The notes under the pieces were generated by a model. It did not search any database. It was not told the origin of the DNA and saw only the letters and a list, made by a program, of their open reading frames with translations. A DNA stretch of 64,000 nucleotides from a miscellaneous Crenarchaeota group-6 archaeon AD8-1 (GTDB lineage Archaea > Thermoproteota > Bathyarchaeia > Bathyarchaeales > Bathycorpusculaceae). The translations under genes and the position numbers were made by a program. The stretch lies in the NCBI GenBank assembly GCA_001273385.1, contig LFWW01000001.1, forward strand, positions 57 through 64,056, read 5' to 3'. Positions 27,204 through 37,698 of this stretch are shown piece by piece. The first letter of the stretch is position 1. Each line of letters opens with the position of its first letter.

Positions 27204-28487
27204 ATGGTTCTTATGAAGATAAGTGAGGTTCTTTCAGGAAAATCAAATTCCAAAGTAATCACTATTAGAGGTTGGGTTTATCGCAAAAGAGAAGGAAAAA
27301 ATTTGATTTTTCTGCTTATTCGTGATTCGTCCGGATTCATTCAGTGTACTGTTAAAAAAGACTCTTCTGGTTGGGTTGAAGCAGAAAGGGTAACAATTGA
27401 ATCATCTTTGATTATTGATGGCATAGCAAAACCTGATGATAGAGCTCCTGGCGGATTTGAGATATCTGTAAATTCAATCTCCATAATTGGACTGGCGGAA
27501 ATATTCCCAATTTCGAAGGATCAGAGCACAGATTTTCTTCGTAATGTTCGCCATTTGTGGCTTAGAAGTCGTAAAATGAACCTGATCATGAAAATTCGAG
27601 ACAAAGTATTAGAATTTTCAAGAGATTTTTTTAGAAAAAACCAGTTCATTGAAGTTTCTCCTCCAATGTTCATCTCAGCTGCGGTTGAAGGCGGATCAAC
27701 ATTATTTGATTTGAAATATTTTGATCAAACTTTATATTTAACTCAAAGCTCGCAGCTCTATCTTGAAATATTAATTTACTCCTTAGAGAAGGTTTTTTGT
27801 ATTGCCCCTTCATTTCGTGCTGAAAAAAGCAGAACAATAAGACATCTAACTGAATATTGGCATATAGAAGGCGAATGGCCTTATGCAAATATGAGCGATC
27901 TAATGAATTTTCAAGAATCTTTAGTATCCTACATTTGTGAACAGACAATTCTAAATTGTAAAAATGAACTAGAAGAGCTGAAGGTTGACTTAAAAAAACT
28001 AAAGCTAGTAAAAACTCCATTTCCCAGAATTACCTATAGTGAATCTATTAAAATTTTAATAGAAAATGGATCCAAACTAAATTGGGGTGACGATTTGGGT
28101 TATGAAGAAGAAAAAATAATCGCAAATAAATTTGGTTGCCCCTTTTTCATTTATGACTATCCTACATCTATCAAGGCCTTTTACTGTAAAACTCATAGAG
28201 AAGATCCCAACTTGGCAATGTCAGTAGATATGTTAGTACCCAGAATTGGTGAGATTTCCACAGGTGGTGCAAGAGAAGATGATAAGGATTTACTAATAAA
28301 GAGAATAAATGACTCAGGGTTAAAAATTGAGGACTATTCTTGGTATATAGATCTTCGAAAATATGGAACTATACCTCATGTGGGTTTTGGATTAGGCTTG
28401 GAAAGATTACTAGTATGGATGTTAGATATTGACAATATAATTGATTCAATTCCATTTCCAAGAACAACAAGAAGATTCTATCCATAA
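27204..28487 (+). CDS. asnS: Asparaginyl-tRNA synthetase (class IIb; AspRS not fully excluded)
   Basis: OB-fold N-terminus (ITIRGWVYRKRE), motif 2 FRAEKSRTIRHLTEYWHIEGE, motif 3 GFGLGLERLLVW. The ORF opens at TTG 27195. ATG 27204 lies 8 nt after AAGGT. Confidence 0.8.
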   Translation: MVLMKISEVLSGKSNSKVITIRGWVYRKREGKNLIFLLIRDSSGFIQCTVKKDSSGWVEAERVTIESSLIIDGIAKPDDRAPGGFEISVNSISIIGLAEIFPISKDQSTDFLRNVRHLWLRSRKMNLIMKIRDKVLEFSRDFFRKNQFIEVSPPMFISAAVEGGSTLFDLKYFDQTLYLTQSSQLYLEILIYSLEKVFCIAPSFRAEKSRTIRHLTEYWHIEGEWPYANMSDLMNFQESLVSYICEQTILNCKNELEELKVDLKKLKLVKTPFPRITYSESIKILIENGSKLNWGDDLGYEEEKIIANKFGCPFFIYDYPTSIKAFYCKTHREDPNLAMSVDMLVPRIGEISTGGAREDDKDLLIKRINDSGLKIEDYSWYIDLRKYGTIPHVGFGLGLERLLVWMLDIDNIIDSIPFPRTTRRFYP

Positions 28488-28492
28488 TCTAC

Positions 28493-29194
28493 CTATGTAT
28501 ATCCAGTAAAATACTCTATTCTTATATTATTCCTTGAAATCCCAAGCTTGTTAATAATTCCTATTAAAGACTCTACCATTTTTGGCGGGCCACAGACATA
28601 AAATACTCTTTGTTTATAATCAGAAACCTCCTTTTTTATAATATCTCCATTGATAAATCCTGTCAATCCTTTCCAATTATCATTTTTTTCATTGATAATG
28701 AAAATCGGTTTAAAGTTTTTATTTTGTGTTTTTAACTCTTCAAACTCTTTTTTAAAGACAATATCTTTTTCAGAACGATTACCATAAATCAAGGTAATTT
28801 CTGTGTTCAATTTTTTATCTGTGCAATATTTAATCATACTTCTGAAAGGAGTGATTCCAATACCTCCAGCCAAAAGGGCAATTTTTTTATGTTCTCCAAT
28901 AAAAGTAAATTTTCCATAGGGACCATCGATTCTTGCCCAATCATTTTTGTTAAGGTTTCTTAGTTTTCTAGAAAAATCGCTATCTGATAATTTTTTAGTA
29001 AATTCAATATAGTTTTGCTCTGATGGACTGCTTGAAAAACTAAAATGTTTTCTTAATTCTTGTCCATTATTCTTGAGGGTTATGAAGAAGAATTGTCCTG
29101 GCAGATAATTTAAACTTGGAGGTTTGGGAAACCTAAAACTCCTAATATTATGCGTTCTAACTATTACTTCCTTTAAATGAGTCTCAAACTTCAT
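28493..29194 (-). CDS. FNR-family FAD/NAD(P)-binding oxidoreductase
   Basis: RSFRFPKP...PGQFFFI FAD-binding barrel, LLAGGIGITPFRSM nucleotide-binding motif, VCGPPKMV. No Fe-S domain. Confidence 0.8.
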   Translation of the reverse strand: MKFETHLKEVIVRTHNIRSFRFPKPPSLNYLPGQFFFITLKNNGQELRKHFSFSSSPSEQNYIEFTKKLSDSDFSRKLRNLNKNDWARIDGPYGKFTFIGEHKKIALLAGGIGITPFRSMIKYCTDKKLNTEITLIYGNRSEKDIVFKKEFEELKTQNKNFKPIFIINEKNDNWKGLTGFINGDIIKKEVSDYKQRVFYVCGPPKMVESLIGIINKLGISRNNIRIEYFTGYT

Positions 29195-29266
29195 TCAACC
29201 AAATCCAGAATTTTATTAAACTAATTCATAATTAAAATATTTTAACAATCGAGAAATTTTCTAGGT

Positions 29267-30700
29267 TTAAGCTACTTTTCTAACAGTTTTTCTAATTTCG
29301 TTAATTCGTGATATGTTACTAGCTACTGTATTGATACGAAAAGGGCTTTTAACAGTCTTTATTATTTGATTCAATAGGAATTTTGGATTTACTACTTGAT
29401 GGAAGAATCCATATTGCATAAGGTCCATAATTTCTTTTTTGCTTACTTTTGCTTCAGGATAAACATCACAAGCCGCTACATTTGACTCCCATAACTCTTC
29501 TGGATCTATATATCCTTTAGATACAAACTCTGACCAAATATCATTTCCAGGATGTACACTTAAAATATTAAATTGTGGAAGATCGATTGGAATTCTACGA
29601 GAAAATTCTAAGGTGTTTATCATTTCTTCGCGAGTTTCAATAGGCGCTCCTAGAATAAAAGAACCTGCAATAACATCAATTTCTGCTTTTCTAGCTTTCT
29701 CTACTGCTTTCTCAGCTTGACTAGGAGTAATTCTTTTGTTATAATAATCTAATATCTTTTGATTTGCATTTTCAATTCCAAAATATATAACTTTACAACC
29801 TGATTTAGCCATAAACCGCAACATATCATAAGAGCAATTGTCTACTCTTCCTTCACAGATCCATTCGATGTCCAACTTTTCTTTCATAATGCCTTTACAT
29901 ATTTTTTCAACTCTTTTTGGATTAATAGTAAATGCATCATCAACAAAAATAACTTGTTTGAATCCCTTATTTGCCAATAATTGTAGCTCATCTAATGTAT
30001 TCTTTGCAGACCTAGGTCTCCATCTTTTATCAGCAAGTTGCTTACAACTACAAAAACGACAATCAAAAACACAACCCCTAGATGAAACTATGCTAGTAAA
30101 TTTCTTAGGAGCAACATATCCCCCAGCAATAACACAATGGTAATCCGCATCAATTAGATCTCTATCTGGAAAGGGCAATGCATCCAAATCATCATTCAAT
30201 ATCTGATTAGGAGTTGAAATTATTTGGTCTTTTTTTCGAAAACTTATTCCTCGAATTTTACTTAGATCTCCCCCGCTCTTTAGATAATGAGCTATTTTCA
30301 ATATTGTTTTTTCAGCTTCTCCTCGTACAACTATATCAACCGATGGGTATTTTCTAAGAATTCTATGTGCGTTAAATGTAGCATGATGGTTGCCAAAAAT
30401 AACAATCATGTTTGGATTATTTTCTTTCGCTTTCTCACTAAGTAAAGCTGAATTCCGACCGGAACTAGTTAATGTAGAAAAACCTAGAACATCAGGCTCT
30501 TCTTTATGAATCCAATTAATTGTTTCCTTAAAACTAAATCCTTGTCCTGGTTGATCTAAAATTGAGACCTCGAAACCTTCTTTCAAAAGTACGCCTGCTA
30601 GATATAACAAGCTAAGTGGTGGAAAAGCAGCAATTGATTTATTGCCTTCTCTTTCATCAATTTCAGAATTAGGATTTGCGCTTATCAAAGAAAACTTCAT
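29267..30700 (-). CDS. B12-binding-domain radical SAM enzyme (class B, COG1032-like)
   Basis: N-terminal B12-binding-like Rossmann domain (VLGFSTLTSS) and the cluster motif SSRGCVFDCRFCSC. ATG 30700 (MKFSLISANP), preceded by GGAG, is preferred over the TTG at 30727. Confidence 0.85.
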   Translation of the reverse strand: MKFSLISANPNSEIDEREGNKSIAAFPPLSLLYLAGVLLKEGFEVSILDQPGQGFSFKETINWIHKEEPDVLGFSTLTSSGRNSALLSEKAKENNPNMIVIFGNHHATFNAHRILRKYPSVDIVVRGEAEKTILKIAHYLKSGGDLSKIRGISFRKKDQIISTPNQILNDDLDALPFPDRDLIDADYHCVIAGGYVAPKKFTSIVSSRGCVFDCRFCSCKQLADKRWRPRSAKNTLDELQLLANKGFKQVIFVDDAFTINPKRVEKICKGIMKEKLDIEWICEGRVDNCSYDMLRFMAKSGCKVIYFGIENANQKILDYYNKRITPSQAEKAVEKARKAEIDVIAGSFILGAPIETREEMINTLEFSRRIPIDLPQFNILSVHPGNDIWSEFVSKGYIDPEELWESNVAACDVYPEAKVSKKEIMDLMQYGFFHQVVNPKFLLNQIIKTVKSPFRINTVASNISRINEIRKTVRKVA

Positions 30701-30803
30701 ATTAACGCTCCGATTGATAAAATACAATACTTTATGAATGAATTAAAAGATTAGGGAAATAATCTAGAAAAATAAAAAAAATCGGCAAGTATTTTTGCAA
30801 AAA

Positions 30804-31274
30804 TCATGTTTTCTGAATAGATTGAAAACTAATTTCTTTTTCAGCTTTTCTGCTCTTATATTCAATGGCTTGTAATATTGATCTTGCGAAACCTAATAGG
30901 CTAAGCGAAAGTGCAATTCCATAGAATATTGTTAAGTTTACTGTTAAAATTAAATTTTCATAGCTTAGACTCATAACTCCCTCACTCATTGAGAGAAGTA
31001 AGTAACCTATTACAAAGATTTGGCGTGCAGTATTAAAGAAATATTGAAAAATTGTATCTTTGGTTAAATCACTTAGAAACATTAATGCAATAAAAATAAT
31101 CAGAAAAGATTCAATTGAACTAAAAAAATCAGGGATAAATTCGGTAATTGGCACTATAAACGGACTTACAAGCACATAAATAACGTAGATTAAAATCGCT
31201 TTCAAGCTAGCTTTTAATATTCGATACACAATTTCTATAATTGCATCCCTGTTATTCTTATTCTGATTACCCAA
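30804..31274 (-). CDS. Hypothetical 4-TM membrane protein
   Basis: 156 aa. Overlaps the upstream gene by 8 nt, which suggests translational coupling. No motif. Confidence 0.5.
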   Translation of the reverse strand: MGNQNKNNRDAIIEIVYRILKASLKAILIYVIYVLVSPFIVPITEFIPDFFSSIESFLIIFIALMFLSDLTKDTIFQYFFNTARQIFVIGYLLLSMSEGVMSLSYENLILTVNLTIFYGIALSLSLLGFARSILQAIEYKSRKAEKEISFQSIQKT

Positions 31275-32052
31275 AAGGAATCACCAAAGGACCGTATTCG
31301 AAAAAAGTTGAAAAAAAGATGCTAAAATAACCATTTTGTATATTATCCAAGGAAATGCTGTTAGGTACATACAGTTCTATATCTTTTGTGTATGAAGTTT
31401 GTTGTGGTGTGATGATTAATTCTTGGGTTTCATCCAATAACGCATTTTGATCATTATATAATCCGATATCGATACTGCCTACTAGATCATAGAACGCATG
31501 ATTATCATAACTCATAAGGACAGAAACTAAGCTATGAGTAGAATTAAAAATGCTTATATTAGGCGTACCTAAGCTCAAATTGCTCAAAGGTGCCCCCCAA
31601 GGAAAAGTAAAATTTGTTGAAATTTGTGAAGGCAAGACTTCTGCAAAATTTACTCCAACTGATAATAAAACGTGAAGATTATCATCTTCAAAAAGATAAT
31701 TTTCATTATCTTGAAATACATCGTTTAAGTTTAAAGATGTATTGTGATTTATTGTTAAAATCTCTTGACTTGGAATATCAGGTATATAACTGTTCGCTTT
31801 TGAAATTTCTAATCCTTCACTATTGGAAAGTAGAGTTGTTATATTAAACTCTTTTAAGCTGTAGTATCCCCCATTATCAATAACTATGGGTAAATTAAAA
31901 ATTAATTCACCATTTGTATCAAAAATCACTTCTGGTTCATCAATATCAAATTTTAGATCTTTAATAGAATACGCTGCTAAGATTATGAAAACAATTAGTA
32001 ATACCCAAAATACGGATGTAATAATTCCTAACATTCGAATAGGTACTTTCAT
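31267..32052 (-). CDS. Hypothetical N-terminally anchored extracytoplasmic protein (possibly LEA_2-like beta-sandwich repeats)
   Basis: 261 aa. One N-terminal TM helix, then a beta-rich Asn/Ser-rich domain with many N-x-S/T sequons. Confidence 0.5.
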   Translation of the reverse strand: MKVPIRMLGIITSVFWVLLIVFIILAAYSIKDLKFDIDEPEVIFDTNGELIFNLPIVIDNGGYYSLKEFNITTLLSNSEGLEISKANSYIPDIPSQEILTINHNTSLNLNDVFQDNENYLFEDDNLHVLLSVGVNFAEVLPSQISTNFTFPWGAPLSNLSLGTPNISIFNSTHSLVSVLMSYDNHAFYDLVGSIDIGLYNDQNALLDETQELIITPQQTSYTKDIELYVPNSISLDNIQNGYFSIFFSTFFEYGPLVIPFG

Positions 32053-32086
32053 TGTTTTTCCCTCTAAAAATTAGTAAGAAAGGACC

Positions 32087-32524
32087 TTATTTTGATCGTT
32101 TATTCTTTTTTCTTGATTGGGATTTTTGCTCAACTTGTTCAAGAGGCATCACAATCATTTCTGGATCATTTATTCGTGGTTCTTGTTTAGTTTGTTGAGT
32201 TTGTGGCTGATTTATTTCCTTAATTGCAGATTTTTGTTGAATTATTGGGGGATTTTTTGTTATTCCTATTATGGCTACTCCTCTTAATGTGATTAGTGAA
32301 CCAATCCAACCCATAACCCCCAAAAACATTATTTGTACAGCTGCTGCTATTAATGGACCAAGGGCTTCACCAAAAGTCTGAATTAAATCTTGAGTTGATA
32401 TAGGAGATATTCCAGCTGTTAGGAATCCATAAGCACTAAAGAATGTGAAGAGCAACAGGATTATCCCAACAACTAATACTGCAAAACCAGAAAAAGCAAT
32501 TTTTCCTTTTAAACTGCTGAACAT
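32087..32524 (-). CDS. Hypothetical 3-TM membrane protein with a Gln/Lys-rich tail
   Basis: 145 aa. It is the first gene of a co-directional minus-strand array. Confidence 0.5.
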   Translation of the reverse strand: MFSSLKGKIAFSGFAVLVVGIILLLFTFFSAYGFLTAGISPISTQDLIQTFGEALGPLIAAAVQIMFLGVMGWIGSLITLRGVAIIGITKNPPIIQQKSAIKEINQPQTQQTKQEPRINDPEMIVMPLEQVEQKSQSRKKNKRSK

Positions 32525-32711
32525 TTAACACTCACTTTTTTATCGAGTGTACAGATTTCAAATTAAAACTTTTGAACCTATAAATAATATTATAGTTTAT
32601 TATCCAGAATCAGTAATACCCTACTTTTATTCAACTCTCCACATACTACTCGATCATATTTTACGCTTGTTTTAAATAGTCCCATTTGTAACTGATCTCA
32701 AGTGAAAAGAC

Positions 32712-33764
32712 ATGTCAGAAACCAACGTTGAAGAAAACGTTGAAGAGCAAAAAACTGAACACCCGGATATTGAACAAGAAGAAAAAGAAAACAAATACAA
32801 GTTTATAGAAGATTTACCTGGTGTTGGTCCAGCTACCTCAAAAAAGCTCCGTACACTTGGATATCACACTGTAGAATCTCTTGCAATGGCTACTACCCGA
32901 GAACTTGAACCAGTTGGAGTCGGCGAAAAAAAGGCTTTTGCAATAATAGGAGCAGCTAGATCAGTTATTGGTGTAAATTTTATCCGAGCTGATGAACTTT
33001 TAAAAAAGAGTCAAGATGTTCTAAGATTAACAACTGGTAGCAAAGCTATTGATAAGATGATTGCTGGTGGCTTAGAAACTCAAACTATAACCGAATTCTA
33101 TGGAGAATATGGAAGTGGAAAGAGCCAAGTATGTCACCAATTATGTGTTAATGTTCAGTTACCTATAGAACAAGGTGGTCTTGAAGGTGCTGCCCTATAT
33201 GTTGACACTGAAAATACTTTTAGACTTGAAAGAATTGTTCAAATGGCAAAACACATAGGTCTTGAACCTGAAGAAGTAGTTAAAAAAATTATATACGCAG
33301 AAGCATACACCTCTGATCATCAAATGTTCTTATTAGAAAATGCTGATGAAATCATAAAAGAAAATAATATAAAACTAATAATAGTAGATTCTTTAACTTC
33401 CCATTTTAGAAGCGAATATGTAGGTAGAGAAATGCTTGCTCCACGACAACAAAGGCTTAATAAACATATGCATAAACTCATAGCTCTAGCTAGAGCTTTC
33501 AATACTGTTGCAGTAGTAACAAACCAAGTTATGGCTAAACCAGACGTTTTCTTTGGAAACGCTCTTCATCCAATAGGCGGCAATATAGTAGGACACACAA
33601 GTAATACAAGAATCTTCCTTAGACGTGCTTCAAGAGGTCCCGTAAGAATCGCCAGAGTAGTTTCCAGTCCATATCTGCCTGAAGCAGAGGAAATATTTAA
33701 AGTAACTGAAAACGGTATAGAAGATGTATCTGAAGAAGAAAAATTGAGCAAAAAACATGGTTAA
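32712..33764 (+). CDS. radA: DNA repair and recombination protein RadA
   Basis: HhH N-domain DLPGVGPATSKKL, Walker A EFYGEYGSGKSQVCHQL, Walker B LIIVDSL. About 25 aa of acidic N-terminal extension. Confidence 0.95.
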   Translation: MSETNVEENVEEQKTEHPDIEQEEKENKYKFIEDLPGVGPATSKKLRTLGYHTVESLAMATTRELEPVGVGEKKAFAIIGAARSVIGVNFIRADELLKKSQDVLRLTTGSKAIDKMIAGGLETQTITEFYGEYGSGKSQVCHQLCVNVQLPIEQGGLEGAALYVDTENTFRLERIVQMAKHIGLEPEEVVKKIIYAEAYTSDHQMFLLENADEIIKENNIKLIIVDSLTSHFRSEYVGREMLAPRQQRLNKHMHKLIALARAFNTVAVVTNQVMAKPDVFFGNALHPIGGNIVGHTSNTRIFLRRASRGPVRIARVVSSPYLPEAEEIFKVTENGIEDVSEEEKLSKKHG

Positions 33765-33772
33765 TAATAAAA

Positions 33773-34225
33773 ATGCCAATGCCAAAAACTCTCGTCACAA
33801 GATATCTTCAACTCATAATTAATAGGAAATTTACTGAAGGTCTTAGAGAATTAGAGAGAATTAAATCTAAGATGCAGAAAACTGAGTGGAATCGCGGATA
33901 CTATAAAGCTCTGTATGGAATGTACCTCTCACTGAAAAATATAAATGATAATTATTCCTTTTTTTCAAAATTTGACTTCAATGACATGCCAACCATTCAA
34001 AAAAATCGTCGTGAATTTTTAGAGCATACACGTAATGGACTTCATGCTGATTATGATAGAGGATACTTTTCAGCATGGGCTGTATGCATGAATATAATCA
34101 TTAAAATGAATAAATCTATTCCAAAGTCAGAACCAAAAAAAGAAAAAAAAATCGAAATAGAAACTATAAAAGATGATAAAAGCCAAGCAACGATGGCAAA
34201 TTATTATCCAAAAAAAAATAATTAG
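33773..34225 (+). CDS. Hypothetical protein, probably co-transcribed with radA
   Basis: 150-aa ORF starting 8 nt after the radA stop. No motif recognised. Confidence 0.5.
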   Translation: MPMPKTLVTRYLQLIINRKFTEGLRELERIKSKMQKTEWNRGYYKALYGMYLSLKNINDNYSFFSKFDFNDMPTIQKNRREFLEHTRNGLHADYDRGYFSAWAVCMNIIIKMNKSIPKSEPKKEKKIEIETIKDDKSQATMANYYPKKNN

Positions 34226-34230
34226 CTAAT

Positions 34231-34515
34231 TCATATTGCCAAGATCGTATAAGTTAAAATTAGAAAAACTATCCAAGAAATAAAGAAAATTCCAATACCC
34301 ATAGTCATTATTTTAGATCTTTTTTCAATTCGATTATAAAATTTAAATTTAATAATATAAAAAGATATCAAATATATGGCTAAAGCTACGGTTAAACAAT
34401 TTATGAATGTTACAAAATCGGCAGGATTAAAAAACGTAGCAATGTAAGCACTAATAACTCCTGAAATAACACCTAAACCTATCCTAATCATGTATATACT
34501 TACCAAGGGATTCAT
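34231..34515 (-). CDS. Hypothetical small 3-TM membrane protein
   Basis: 94 aa, entirely hydrophobic helices. Confidence 0.4.
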   Translation of the reverse strand: MNPLVSIYMIRIGLGVISGVISAYIATFFNPADFVTFINCLTVALAIYLISFYIIKFKFYNRIEKRSKIMTMGIGIFFISWIVFLILTYTILAI

Positions 34516-34644
34516 CGAACTTCAATCCTGTAAATCAACGTTTCAAGTGTAAATTAAGAGTTTATTACTTAAGTATTATGGAAGTTATCCAAAGATATTT
34601 TGTTTCTTAATAATTAAACAAATTTCTATAAAATGCAAACTCTC

Positions 34645-35217
34645 TTAGCTAATTAAGATATTGTCTTTTGTATCTTTTCTTAGCCACCACGCAATAAGAA
34701 CTGTTATTGACACAACCGACGCTGAACCTATTAAAGGATTAGGATTTGTTACAGAGATAAAATTATTTGCTAGATGAAGCATAACTGCAATTAAATAATA
34801 AGCTGCTGGTCGTTTTTTTGAAATTCCATATCCTATTATTGCTGTGCTTGCAGAATGGAAAATAATGCCGGGAATTCTAAAAATTACAGGGACACCTAAA
34901 ACAAAAACATAAGTGAGAAATTCTACAATTCCAAATCCTAATCCTACTATTAATGATAAATTAAAAATATTTCTTTCAGTTTCACCATGACGATAAAATA
35001 GTGGATACGCTTTTGAAAATTCTTCAACAAAGGGAGCAAAAATCACGCGTGAAAAAAAAGCAATCAGAAAAGGATCAAAACCTACCAATAATAAATCAAT
35101 ATATTGATATATAAAAAGTGTAAGAGGAACACTAATTGTAACACCCATTCCAAAAAAGAAGATCTTTTCATCTAGATCAGGTCTATGAATCTGTATTGTT
35201 CCATCAGTTGCTTCCAT
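34645..35217 (-). CDS. PrsW-family intramembrane protease
   Basis: EExxK motif (FVEEFSKAYPL), a histidine in HSASTAIIGYG, and HxxxN (MLHLANNF) in a polytopic membrane protein. Confidence 0.7.
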   Translation of the reverse strand: MEATDGTIQIHRPDLDEKIFFFGMGVTISVPLTLFIYQYIDLLLVGFDPFLIAFFSRVIFAPFVEEFSKAYPLFYRHGETERNIFNLSLIVGLGFGIVEFLTYVFVLGVPVIFRIPGIIFHSASTAIIGYGISKKRPAAYYLIAVMLHLANNFISVTNPNPLIGSASVVSITVLIAWWLRKDTKDNILIS

Positions 35218-35537
35218 AAATTAATCCCAAATCTAAAAACCTAATCCCTGAGCTATTACATTACTTCAATCTTTTAGTTAAAAATTGTGTCCTACTTAAA
35301 ACTTTAAAATTAAATTTGTTTTCAATAAATTGTTATACAATTGAACTTATTAATCCAAATAATAATATCAATTTTTTTCCTAACATATTTCAACTTGAAT
35401 TTTGATAATGAAAATCGCAAATAAAATAAACTTAATCATTCGATACTAAAAATTAGTATTAATATCTATGAATATCTAAAATAAAAGTGCCTATTTTATA
35501 ATACTAATAATAAAAAATACAATAGGGGGTTGTCTTT

Positions 35538-37586
35538 TTGTCAAAAAAAGATTTCTCAAGTTTCGAAATTGCGGTAATAATCCAGGAACTAAAAAGCAAA
35601 ATTACAAAATCTAGAATTAATAAAATATACCAATACGATAAAAAGACCGTAGTACTAAAACTTCACAAAAAAGATAACCCCCAAATAAGGCTTGTTATGG
35701 AAGCAGGTAAACGCCTCCATCTAACCTCATATCTGCTAAATCCGCCAAAGATACCACCAAATTTTTGCATGATACTAAGAAAATACCTGAATGGAGCATG
35801 GATAGAAAAAATAGAGCAATTCGAATTCGAAAGAATTGTTCTATTATATTTAAGAAAAAAAAATGAAAATTGGAAAATTATTTTAGAACTATTTGGTGAA
35901 GGAAATATAATACTGCTTGATGAAGCAAATAAAATATTGCAAGCTCTGATCTTTAAAAAAATGCGAGATCGTAATATTATTCGTAATGAAATCTATCAAT
36001 TTCCCCCAACCAATAGTAAAAATCCGTATAAAATTAGCCAAGAAGAATTAATTCAAGGATTAACACAAACAAGCAATATAGAAATTGTAAGAGCTATTGC
36101 TAGACTCTTAGGCATAGGAGGCATCTATTCAGAAGAAATATTATATAGAGCTAATATAAAAAAAAATATACTTTATAAAGATTTGAAGTACTCTGATTTC
36201 GAAGCAATATTCCTTAGTATACAAGATATCTTATCTGTTATTAAAGATTCTAAAATAAATCCTCGCTTAATTTTAGATAAAAAAAACCAATTCATAGATG
36301 TAATTCCAATAGAACTGTACCGTTATAAAACCTCCAACTTCAAAATCGAAAAAACTTTCAATAAAGCCATAGACGAGTTCTTCATAAAAGATACTATAAA
36401 AGAAAAAACCTTTTCCGCAGAAAAAACAAATAAACTTCAAAAAAACCTTGAACAAATAGATAGAATAATTGATGAACAAAAAAATTACTTAGAATCACAA
36501 AAAAAGACGATTAATCTAAATAAAAATATAGGTGACATAATTTATTCTCAATCAAATATATTACAGCTTTTATTAGATCTTTTTTCACCTCACAAAAGAT
36601 CTGGTAAAGATTGGGCCACTCTTTTTAAAGAGGTTTTTGATGCAAAGAAAAAAGGAAAAATACCTGAAAAACTTGTTGAATCATTTGACTCAGAGCATTT
36701 ATTGGCTAATATAAAAATCAATAACATGAAATTTAGTTTGAATTTGCGAAAAAATATTTTCGAAAATGCTGCAGAATATTATGATATTAGCAAAAAAGCA
36801 AGACAAAAATCAGAAGGTGCTTTCTCAGCTTTGCAACTTTCTTTAAAAAAACGTGAAGATTTAAGAAAGAAGCTGCAAAAAAAAATTGACTCTTTTAAGA
36901 CAGAACCTGAACAAATCCTTGTAGAATTAGAAAAAAGAAAAATAAAAACTAAAAGATGGTATGAAAAATTTCGATGGTTTAAGACTTCTGATGGTTTCTT
37001 AGTTGTTGCTGGAAAAGACTCAATAAGTAATGAAGTATTAATAAAGAAACACACTGATGGCAAAGATCTTGTTTTTCATGCTGATATAATAGGTGCTCCT
37101 TTTGTGGTATTAAAGCTTGGAGAAAAAGTTGTGAGTGAAAGAAGTTTGTTAGAAGCAAGCGAGTTTGCTGCTGCTCTTTCTCGTAGTTGGCGTGAGGGAG
37201 CTGCATCTTCAGATGTATATTGGGTTACTCCTAATCAATTAAGCAAAAGTGGGCCTTCGGGCGAATATGTTCCTAAAGGTGGTTTTATGGTTTATGGAAA
37301 ACGTAACTGGATGAGAAATGTTCCGCTTAAGCTAGCGATAGGAGGTATTCATGGGGATTCGAATTTAACTTTTATTGGTGGTCCTATTTCTGCTATAAAA
37401 GCTCTTACAAAATATTATGTGATTTTAATTCCAGGAGAAATGAAAGGAAAAGAGTTGATTAAAATGGTTATTCTATCTTTAGTTGAAAAACTCCCTAAGG
37501 AAATGCGTAAGAAAGCTTTAAAAACCTCCCCAGAACAAGTTAGAGAATTTATTCCCTACACAAAAGCAAGAATCCTTAAAGATTAA
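35538..37586 (+). CDS. NFACT-family protein (archaeal Rqc2/NEMF/FbpA homologue)
   Basis: NFACT-N N-terminus, long coiled-coil middle, NFACT-R/DUF814 block WFKTSDGFLVVAGKDSISNEVLIKKH. TTG start 9 nt after AGGGGG. Confidence 0.85.
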   Translation: MSKKDFSSFEIAVIIQELKSKITKSRINKIYQYDKKTVVLKLHKKDNPQIRLVMEAGKRLHLTSYLLNPPKIPPNFCMILRKYLNGAWIEKIEQFEFERIVLLYLRKKNENWKIILELFGEGNIILLDEANKILQALIFKKMRDRNIIRNEIYQFPPTNSKNPYKISQEELIQGLTQTSNIEIVRAIARLLGIGGIYSEEILYRANIKKNILYKDLKYSDFEAIFLSIQDILSVIKDSKINPRLILDKKNQFIDVIPIELYRYKTSNFKIEKTFNKAIDEFFIKDTIKEKTFSAEKTNKLQKNLEQIDRIIDEQKNYLESQKKTINLNKNIGDIIYSQSNILQLLLDLFSPHKRSGKDWATLFKEVFDAKKKGKIPEKLVESFDSEHLLANIKINNMKFSLNLRKNIFENAAEYYDISKKARQKSEGAFSALQLSLKKREDLRKKLQKKIDSFKTEPEQILVELEKRKIKTKRWYEKFRWFKTSDGFLVVAGKDSISNEVLIKKHTDGKDLVFHADIIGAPFVVLKLGEKVVSERSLLEASEFAAALSRSWREGAASSDVYWVTPNQLSKSGPSGEYVPKGGFMVYGKRNWMRNVPLKLAIGGIHGDSNLTFIGGPISAIKALTKYYVILIPGEMKGKELIKMVILSLVEKLPKEMRKKALKTSPEQVREFIPYTKARILKD

Positions 37587-37698
37587 TTTAGCTATTATCA
37601 ATTAATTATCTATTTAGATAATTTCTTATATTTTTTAAATTAATTATTTTTTTGCTAATACCCTAAACTGTTCATTATTTTCTTCTAATCATAATTTA

